Positions 1-8,900 of a stretch of DNA of 28,400 nucleotides are shown in pieces. This DNA is from an uncultured Ruminococcus sp. (GTDB taxonomy: Bacteria > Bacillota > Clostridia > Oscillospirales > CAG-272): assembly GCA_902766115.1 (NCBI GenBank), contig CACXCL010000257.1, forward strand, positions 1 through 28,400, in the 5' to 3' direction. Both the position numbers and the translations under genes were made by a program. The notes below the pieces were generated by a model, which had not been told where the DNA came from, did no database searches, and saw nothing but the letters and a program-made list of their open reading frames with translations. Each line of letters opens with the position of its first letter. The stretch's first letter is position 1.

Positions 1-1
1 C

Positions 2-124
2 ATTCCGTTCGGTACAACAGGCATCTGGCTTGCTTGGCCTATCGGTTGGTCGGTTGCAGCGGTTCTATCGATTATGTTTTACCGGACAGGTATATGGAGG
101 AAAAACAAAATAAAGATTACATAA
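2..124 (+). CDS. 3' end of a MATE-family efflux transporter (partial, runs off the window start)
   Basis: Frame from nt 2 reads IPFGTTGIWLAWPIGWSVAAVLSIMFYRTGIWRKNKIKIT* (TAA 122-124); G-x-x-G-I-W-x-A-x-P-I-G-W plus a terminal YxxGxW is typical of the last MATE helices. Confidence 0.7.
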   Translation: MPFGTTGIWLAWPIGWSVAAVLSIMFYRTGIWRKNKIKIT

Positions 125-241
125 TGAGATAATACTGTATATTCCACTGTTTACGCCTCACGGTGCAACATCACTTCAGTCCCACACCGGCGTTTTTCGA
201 TTTTTCCCGGCGCTTTTCCCCTTTTTCTTTATAAGTGAATA

Positions 242-270
242 TTGCTTTTTACCGTACAATCTGTTATCAT
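242..270 (+). promoter_or_regulatory. SigA-type promoter of the clostripain gene
   Basis: TTGCTT (242-247), 17-nt spacer, TATCAT (265-270), with an extended -10 TG at 262-263. Confidence 0.6.
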
Positions 271-318
271 TAATTCAAGACATCAAATCAATATCACCTT
301 TTGAAGGAGGTTCTCTTC

Positions 319-2694
319 ATGGCGAACGGAAAAGGCGACAGACCTGCCGGTCGGCGACGCATCGGCGGAGGCACCGGCAAAAGCGTAAATACCCACGGCC
401 AGGGGCTCGGAACGGGTCCGGTAGGCAAACAGGACGCATACGCGGGACGGCGGGTGGACGGAAGCGGCGGCGGAAACGCCGGCGGCGGCGGGATCTCCGG
501 AAACGGCGGAGGCGCACAGCGCTCCGGAGGCAGAAAGAGCCTTCTGCCGACGATCATAATGATTGCCGTCATTGCTCTTCTGGCATGGTTCGTACTACCC
601 AAACTGTTCGGCAACAACGGCGCGGGCAACGGGATATCATCCCTGCTCGGCAGCTTCCAGGGCAACAGTTCCTACAGCGACGGAACCTGGACCGGAAAGG
701 ACAACACAGGCAAACTGAACACTTCTTCCACCTCAAACAAGCGCACCGTACTCCGCGGAGACGGCAGTGACAAAGTCACGGTGATGGTGTATATGTGCGG
801 CACCGATCTTGAATCCAAGAGCGGAATGGCATCGGCGGACCTCGCTGAAATGGCGGACGCCGATCTCGGGAAGAACGTGAATCTGCTGGTGTACACCGGC
901 GGATGCCGTCAGTGGAAAACCAGGGGCATCTCGAACTCCGCGCACCAGATCTACGCTCTGGAGAACGGAGGCCTGCGGCTTCTCAAAGACGACGCGGGCG
1001 GAAAGAAGGCCATGACCGATCCCTCCGCGCTCTCGGGATTTATCCGCTGGTGCAGGGATAACTATCCGGCGAACAGAAATATCCTGATCATGTGGGACCA
1101 CGGCTCCGGCTCGGTGGCGGGCTTCGGCTATGACGAAACGCGCAAAACCGGCTCCATGACGCTCTCTTCCATCGCCAAGGCGCTGAAGGACGGAGGCGTG
1201 ACCTTTGATTTCGTGGGCTTTGACGCCTGTCTGATGGCGTCGGTGGAGACCGCGCTCACGCTTGCGCCGTACTCGGACTACCTGATCGCCAGCGAAGAAA
1301 CCGAGCCGGGTATCGGCTGGGACCACACCCGGTGGCTGACGGAGCTGGGGAAAAATCCGGCGATCGACACAACGTCCCTCGGAAAGATCATCGCCGACGA
1401 TTTCGTCGCGACATGCGCGCAGAAGTGCCGGGGTCAAAAGACCACTCTCTCCGTGACGGATCTCGGGGAACTCTCCGCGAACGTGCCGGATGAGCTGAAA
1501 TCTTTTGCAAAGAGCACCGCGGACGCCATCAACGGTAAAGGTTACGCGGAAGTCTCCAAGGCGAGAGGCGACACCCGCGAATTCGGCGCGGAATGCAAGC
1601 TCGATCAGCTTGACCTCGTGCATCTCTCCCTGCTTCTTGATACCAAAGAGAGCCGCGCGCTTGCGGACGCGATCCTCGGCGCGGTGAAATACAACAAAGT
1701 CGGCGGAGGCGTCACCGACGCATACGGGCTGTCGGCGTACTTTCCGTACCGTTCCGCGAACAAGGTGAATACCGCCGTGAATGAGCTTGACGCCATGGGA
1801 TTTGACGACGACTACACAGCCTGCGTCAGAAAGTTCGCCTCGCTGGAGGTTGCAGGCCAGGCGGCGGGAGGCGGCAACGCCTCGCCTTTCGGTTCCCTCT
1901 TCGGCGGTTCGGGATCGGCGCCCTCAGTCAACGTGGCGGAACTGGTCGGCTCGCTTCTGGGAGGCAGCGGCAACTCTCTGCTGAGCTCGCTCATCGGCGA
2001 TTCCTCGGCTTTTGACAGCTCCATCCCGACCGGCACGCTGATCGACGCGGTGGAGAACTCCCGTCTCAAGGAGTCCCTCGCCTGGACCGAAAAAGACGGG
2101 CAGAACGTCCTCTCAATGTCAGAATCCGAGTGGAAAAACGTGGCGGATCTGCAGCTCAACGTCTTTCTGGACGACGGCAAGGGCTATATCGACCTGGGGC
2201 TCGATTCGATCTTCAGTTTCACGGAAGACGGCGACCTGATCGGCGAATACGATAACATGTGGATCGCGATCAACAAGCAGCCCGTCGCGTACTACTTCAT
2301 TGACAGCACGGAAGAAGACGGCGTCACCGTGATCCGCGGCCGCGTGCCGGTACTGCTGAACGGCGACCGGGCGGAACTTCTTATCACTTTCCGCGGCGAC
2401 CTTCCGGAGGTCTCCGGAGTGCGGTTCGTCTACAAGAACGGAGAAACCGATACGATAGCCAAAACGGCGGAACTGACAGACGGAGACAAGATCCAGCCCA
2501 TCTGCGACCGCTACGGCTATGACGGGGCTTACGAGGATACATATATGTTGGGCGATCCCTTCGTCTACAGCGGAGAAAGCAGTCTCAAAGTGTCCGACGT
2601 CACCCTGAATTCCGGCGACGGCAAACCCGTCGCGGCGTATATGTTCACGGACCGCTTCGCATACGAGCACTGGACCGAGAAGATACCGGACTGA
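319..2694 (+). CDS. Clostripain-family (peptidase C11) cysteine protease, N-terminally membrane-anchored
   Basis: Motifs VYMCGTDLES, WDHGSG (catalytic His, 1099-1101), GFDACLM (catalytic Cys, 1228-1230), YLIASEETEPG. Gly-rich N-terminus followed by one hydrophobic helix. Start moved from TTG 301 to ATG 319 because AAGGAGG lies at 304-310. Confidence 0.9.
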   Translation: MANGKGDRPAGRRRIGGGTGKSVNTHGQGLGTGPVGKQDAYAGRRVDGSGGGNAGGGGISGNGGGAQRSGGRKSLLPTIIMIAVIALLAWFVLPKLFGNNGAGNGISSLLGSFQGNSSYSDGTWTGKDNTGKLNTSSTSNKRTVLRGDGSDKVTVMVYMCGTDLESKSGMASADLAEMADADLGKNVNLLVYTGGCRQWKTRGISNSAHQIYALENGGLRLLKDDAGGKKAMTDPSALSGFIRWCRDNYPANRNILIMWDHGSGSVAGFGYDETRKTGSMTLSSIAKALKDGGVTFDFVGFDACLMASVETALTLAPYSDYLIASEETEPGIGWDHTRWLTELGKNPAIDTTSLGKIIADDFVATCAQKCRGQKTTLSVTDLGELSANVPDELKSFAKSTADAINGKGYAEVSKARGDTREFGAECKLDQLDLVHLSLLLDTKESRALADAILGAVKYNKVGGGVTDAYGLSAYFPYRSANKVNTAVNELDAMGFDDDYTACVRKFASLEVAGQAAGGGNASPFGSLFGGSGSAPSVNVAELVGSLLGGSGNSLLSSLIGDSSAFDSSIPTGTLIDAVENSRLKESLAWTEKDGQNVLSMSESEWKNVADLQLNVFLDDGKGYIDLGLDSIFSFTEDGDLIGEYDNMWIAINKQPVAYYFIDSTEEDGVTVIRGRVPVLLNGDRAELLITFRGDLPEVSGVRFVYKNGETDTIAKTAELTDGDKIQPICDRYGYDGAYEDTYMLGDPFVYSGESSLKVSDVTLNSGDGKPVAAYMFTDRFAYEHWTEKIPD

Positions 2695-2749
2695 AACACC
2701 GGCAATGCGTCAGGCTGACACCGGAAGAAACACTGTTTGACCGAACATG

Positions 2750-2781
2750 GCTCCCGGCAGATATTTCTGTCGGGAGCTTTT
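2750..2781 (+). terminator. Rho-independent terminator after clostripain
   Basis: GCTCCCGGCAGA-tatt-TCTGTCGGGAGC followed by TTTT. Confidence 0.8.
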
Positions 2782-2824
2782 GTCGGTCAGGGAATGTAGT
2801 TCTGCGCCAGAGCTTCTTTAACAC

Positions 2825-2858
2825 AAAAACCGGTCAGACAAGAGTCTGACCGGTTTTT
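2825..2858. terminator. Bidirectional Rho-independent terminator, ends the minus-strand adhesin operon
   Basis: Perfect inverted repeat AAAAACCGGTCAGAC-aaga-GTCTGACCGGTTTTT between convergent genes. Confidence 0.85.
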
Positions 2859-2909
2859 CGTTGTTACCGAACTGCAGTTATCAGGTCGGGCGGACCGTGC
2901 CGATAAAGA

Positions 2910-5900
2910 TCAGCCGTTCGTCGCCGTGATAACTTTGACTATGGAAGCGAACGCATTCAGCCACGCAGTGATGGGAGATCCTGAGGTGGTGAAGGTTACT
3001 TCCGCGGTGCCGGACTCGGCGAGAGTCACGGCGCCGCCTTCGGGGTTAACGATGGAGGTGATCTTCCAGCTCCACTTGTGCTCCTCAACGACCGTGTATG
3101 ATCCGGCCGGGAGGCCGACCACATTGACCTCGGTCTTGCCCGCCGGGAGGACTACCCGGAGGACTACCGCGTTGCTCGAATTGAGGATCGAGTACACGAA
3201 GTCCTGCTCGGCGGCACCCGTTCTCTTGATGGTGAGGCAGGTCTTCTCGGTGAACTTCGCCGTGTAGGTCACGTCGCCGGTGACGGTCCCGATTTCAGGA
3301 TCCCATCCCGCGAACACGTAGGAGCGTCCCGCCTCCGCCGCCTTGGTGGGAGTGGAACCGTAGGAAGGAGTATCACCGTATGCGTAATCCTGTACGAGGT
3401 CTTCCTGACCGTCCACCTTCCAGGTAACTTTGATTGCAGGACCTTCCGCTACCGTGATCTCCACTGCGGGAGACGCATTGTAGTTTTCGGTCTCCTTGTA
3501 ACGGACGTAATACGTTCCGGCAGGAAGGTTCTCGATCGTTTCGCCTGTCACGGCAACGTAGTTTGTGCCGTCAACGCTGTAATCCATCTCACCGTTTACG
3601 CCGGTGATCGAGCCGTTTTTCTGATTCAGGTAAGTCTCAGCAACAGCAGCGACTCCTTCGGGAGCGGCCTTTGCAGCCTTCGCGATGGTGTATTCCTGCG
3701 TAAGGTTGTCGCTAGGCAGTACGTAGTTGTCATTGCTGAGCCCGGTCACAGTAGCTGTATGCGGACCTGCGTTCGCAGCAGCACCGGATACGATGGCGGT
3801 ACAAGTATCGCCATCCACCAGGTTGCCAACAGCAACGGTCGGGCATTTTGCGGACTCGTCGTAGGTGAACGAGGTATCCGACCAGGTGAGGGTTACTTCT
3901 CTCTTGTTGATCGTAACCTTCTGACTGCCGGTGACGGTCTCGTAGTTTGCCTTTACGACCTTGAAGTACACGGTGTATTCTCCGGCGTTGACGTACGTCA
4001 GTGAGTCAACGTAAGACCCGCCCGCTGAAGCCGAATATGTCACGGTCGCGCCTTCGGGCGCGTTCACGGTGATACCGTGAGGCTGTCCGTCATACGTACC
4101 GACGTAGTCAGACGATGTGACTCCGCTCATCGAAGCGTTGACGATCGTAAACTGAACGGTCGTTTCCGCGGGGAGCTTGTAGTTCCCGTTGCTGAGGGCT
4201 TTCGCCTCGGCGGTGTAGGTGCCGACGTCAGTCTTTTGGCCTTCCACAGTGACGGTGCAAACGTCTCCGTTTACAAGTCCGGTCGCCGTCGCAACGGGCG
4301 CCTGAGCGTTCCCGTTGTAAGTCAGAGAGGTTTCAGACCACGTGAGGCCGACCGTCTTCTGCTCAACGGTAAGCGTTCCAGCATTGAACGTAATATCATA
4401 GTTGCCGCTGCTGAGTCCGGACGGGATGATCGAATACGTTCCGACATTGCCGAACTGCGCGTAGCCATATGTGTATTGCAGAGTACCGGTAAGAACAGCC
4501 TCAGTCTCTCCGTTTACAAATCCAGCGTAAGCCACTCCGTCGTTGGCTGGTTCATCACCGTAGGTTATTGTCTTATCCTTTGCGGTGACTGTGAGCCGGG
4601 CTTTGGTGATCACTACCGTTTCACTGCCGGTAACGGTGGTGTAGTTCTCCTTTTCGACCTTGTAGAACACGGTATACGTATCCACGTCTGTGTACGTCGG
4701 GTTGTCCGTGGAATACGTGCCGTTTTCGGCCGTCGAATACGTCACGGTGGCTCCTGCGGGAGCGGCCACGGTGATACCGTGAGGCAGTCCGTCATATGTA
4801 CCATTATAGCCGGAGGAAGTGATCTCCATGGTCGCGTCTGTGATGGTGAACTCAGCCCCGGTGAAGCTGACGTCGTAGTTTGCGCTTGCAGCCAGCGTGC
4901 CCTGCTTGATCGCGTACGTGCCGACATTCTCGCCGGATTCACGAGTCAGTGAGCCGGTAAGGGCGTCACTGCCTACGAGCCCCTCGACTGTGTAGGTCAA
5001 GGCGGGATCTTCCGTTCCGAACACCTTGGTCTTAGGATCTGCCTTGATCGTCAACGCCTTGGCGCTGATGGTCAGGTTTGCTCCGCTAAAGACGATGTTG
5101 TAGTTGTCACCGGCGGACAGCGTGCCCTGCTCAATCGCGTACGTTCCGACGTTTTCACCGGCAACACGGGTCAGCTCGCCGGTGATAGCGTCATTCCCAA
5201 CGAGGCCGGAGGACGTGTACGTCAGCTCGGGATCCGTCTCGCCGTAGGTCTTGGACTTAGCCTCAGCGGTGACTGTCAGCGTCGCCTTAGTAATCGTCAG
5301 CTTAGCGCCGGTGTAGGAAATCGTGTAGTTATCTCCGGCGGTCAGCGTGCCGATCGTAATGTCGTATTCGCCGACGTTCTCGCCTTCCGCACGGGTCAGT
5401 ACGCCTTCGAGGGAGTCACCCGTTACAAGCCCCTCGACTGTGTAGGTCAGCGCAGGATCCGTCGTTCCGAACACTTTCGTTTGCGCGTTCGCCGTGATCT
5501 TTAGGGTCTTAGCTGTGATCTTGAAGTCCGCACCGGTGAAAGCGATGTTGTAGTTGTCACCGGCGGACAGCGTGCCCTGATTGATCGCGTACGTGCCGAC
5601 GTTTTCACCGGCAACACGGGTCAGCTCGCCAGTCACAACGCTCTTGGTGTCGCCGTTGACAAGGCCGGACACCTGATAAGTGAGTGCGGGATCCGCCTCG
5701 CCGTAAGTCTTGGATTTAGCTTCGGCGATGACGGTAAGCGTCGCCTTGGTGATCGTCAGCTTTGCGCCGGTGAAGGAGACCGTGTAGTTATCACCGGCAG
5801 ACAGCGTGCCGACCGTAATGTCGTATTCACCAACGTTCTCACCGGCAACACGGGTCAGAGCGCCGGTAAGGGAGTCACCCGTCACAAGACCCTCGACTGT

Positions 5901-8900
5901 GTAGGTCAGCGCAGGATCCGCCTCTCCGTAAGTCTTGGACTTAGCCTCGGCGGTGACGGTCAGCGTCGCCTTGTTGATCGCAACGGTGGCGCTGCCGGTC
6001 TCGGTAGTGTGATTAGCCCACTCGACCTTGTAGTAAACGGTATACGTTCCGGCGTTCTTGTATGCCGGATTGGTTGCGGTGTAATCGCCGTTTTCGGTTG
6101 CCGAATACTTCACGGTCGCGCCTTCGGGAGCGGTCACCTTGATGCTGTGCTCTGCTCCGTCGTACGTTCCGCTGTATCCCTTGGCGCTTACATCCATCGT
6201 TGCCGCGGTGATATTTGCGGTAACGCTTGCGGGCTGTGCGGTGAGATTGTAGTTGCCGGCGTCATCTCCGGTAAGGCTGAAGTCGGTGAAGGTCACCGTC
6301 TTGCCTTCCCCGACGTTCGCGTCTTCGAAGGAGGCGGTTCCGGGCACTACAGTCACGTCGTCGTCGCCGATCTTTCCGTCGATAACGGCGGTGCCGGTAA
6401 CGGTCGCGGCGGTGGTGCCGTCGTAGACCTTATCCGCGGCGCGGAGTCCGGTGATGGTCACGTCCTTCGCCGTGATATTCGCCCTGGTCGTGGCAGAGGT
6501 AACGTCGCCGAGCGTGTAGTTACCGGATGCATCGGTGAGTGTGATTCCGCTGAATGTTACTTCCTTGCCCGTTCCGACGTTCTTGTCATTGAACTTGATC
6601 GAGTCTGCGGTTGCGGAAACGCTGTCGCCGCTGACAATGCCCTTGAGAATGACCGTTCCATCTGCGGTATCGCCGCCGTCGTACGTCTTGTCGTGAGCGG
6701 TAACCTCGACATTCAGCGTCTTCTGCGCAATAGTCACCTCGACGGAATCAACCGCGGAATCGCTGTGGTTGCCGTCGCCGACTACTTTGTAGTAGACGGT
6801 ATACTTCCCGGCATTGGTTCCGGTGGGTACGGTGTCTCTCCAATTCGTGCCGTCGAGGCTGTACTTCATCGTACCGCCGTCGGCAACGCCTTCTTCCACA
6901 AGCGCCCGATCGGAGCCGTTGTAGACGAGGTCACTCTTTGCAGTCGGAGCTTTAGTCACGGTCGCGGGAGCTCTTGTGATGGTGAAGGTGCCCTCATGGA
7001 AAATCGTGCTGTAGTTGTCGCTTACATAGAACGCTTCACTTTGTATGATCCTATATTCACCGACAGCATCCCCGGGTTCCCTGGTCAGCTTGCCGAAGAC
7101 AAACGGTCCGTCTCCCTCGACAAGTCCATCGTACGTATAGGTCAATTCGGGATCGTTTTCACCGTAAGCCTTCGTCTTGTTATCAGCGTGAACGTGGAGT
7201 TCTTTAGGCGCGATGATGACTTCAATGTTATCGAGCTGAATCTCCTCGTGATTGTTGTCACCGACGATCTTGCAGTAAATAACGTACTTGCTTCCAACAT
7301 CGCCAAATCCAACCTGAGCATTTCTGCCGACCGGGATATCAGTACTGTACCTCTCCCCGTCGGAGCTGTACATCATCGTACCGCCTGAAGCCTCGCCTGC
7401 GGTGATCAGTTCCTGATCCTGACCGTTGTAGATCAAACCGGTCTTTGCCTTAGCAGATTTAACTACCGTAGGATCAATTTTCTTAATGTTTACGTTCAGA
7501 GTCACCGGTCCGTAATCTTTGTGGTTATTATCACCGATTACTCTGTACTGCACCCCGTAAACTCCGGCGTCCGTTGCGGAAGGAACAGTCTCGCTCCAGT
7601 TCTCTCCGTCGAGACTGTACTGCATAGTACCGCCGACAGCCGATCCGGCCTTCACGAGCGGCTTTTCCGTGCCGTCATAGTTGCGGTCAAGCGCCTCGGG
7701 CGCGGTCACAGTAGGATCGGCCTTGCCGATAGAAACCGTAATGCTCGCTTCCGCCACACCGTTGTGGTTTGAGTCAGCGACTACTTTGTAGTAAACAACG
7801 TAATCACCCACTTCGGTCGCCTTGGGAATATCCGGACTGTAGGTCCCGTCTGCGCCCAGCTTGTACTGCATTTCGCCGCCGACAGCCGAACCGGCGGTTA
7901 TAAGAGCCTGTTTTTCGCCGGTGTAGGCAAGACCTTCTATAGCTTCGGGAGCAGTCCACTGGACGTCCACCGCGAAAATGCTTGCGGTAACACTGGCAGG
8001 CTGAGCGGTGAGTTCGTAGTTGCCGGCGTCATTTCCGGTGAGGCTGTAACCGTCGAAGTTAACCTTCTTATCCGCATCAACGTCCGCGGTTTCAAAGTTG
8101 GCGGAGCCATCGGCCACGGTCACGTCGTCGCCGTCGATCATATTGTCGATAACGGCATCTCCCGTAACCGTAGCTGCAAGGCCGCCGTCATAGTACTTAT
8201 CCGCGGCCTCGAGCCCGGTAATAGTCACGGGTCTCTTCGTGATTTTGCCCTCGCCGTCATAAACTTGATCAACGGTATAGTTCCCCGCGTCTGTGCCTGT
8301 GAGAACGACGTTACTGAACGCTACTTCTTTTCTATCCCCGACGTTCTTGTCCAGGAATGCCGCGGTGCAGGAACCGACTGACACTTCGTCGTTACCGATC
8401 TTGCCGTCTATCGTCGCGGAGGCAAGTCCGGCGGGAGTCGCGTCTTTGGTGCCGTCGTAAACTTTGTCTTCCACTCCGAGTCCCGAGACGTTCACGGATT
8501 TCGGAGTGATATTCGCGGTAACGTCTGCGGGCTGGATCAGCGTGTAGTTGCCCGCGTCCTCGCCCTCCAGAGCGTATCCGGAGAAGGATACCGTCTTACC
8601 GTCGCCGGCGTTCTTGTCCGCGAAGGATGCGGTTCCGGCTTTGATCGTGACAGTATCACCTTTGATGAGACCCTCTAATGAGCCTTCTCCGGTGACGGTC
8701 GCGTCGGTATTGCCGTCGTAGATCTTATTCGCGGCGCCGAGTCCGGAGATCCTCACCTCTTTTGCGGTGATCGTCAGCTTAGCGCCAGTGAAGGAGATCG
8801 TGTAGTTATCTCCGGCTGTCAGCGAGCCGACCTTAATGTCGTATTCGCCGACGTTTTCGCCTTCTGCCCGAGTCAGTTCACCGGTGATCGTGTCATTTCC

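Noticed and set aside
301-318. TTG start at 301 for clostripain, and likewise the 15865 start for the PPQTG protein
   Set aside because: Better Shine-Dalgarno sequences precede ATG 319 and ATG 15838.
4830-5966. Regularly spaced repeats as a CRISPR array
   Set aside because: The period is about 225 bp, units are degenerate protein-coding domains, and there are no unique spacers or cas genes.
4077-7388. Long plus-strand ORFs 4077-4952 and 6009-7388
   Set aside because: Antisense shadows of the adhesin; Val/Arg/Gly-rich translations without motifs or RBS, expected from biased codon usage.
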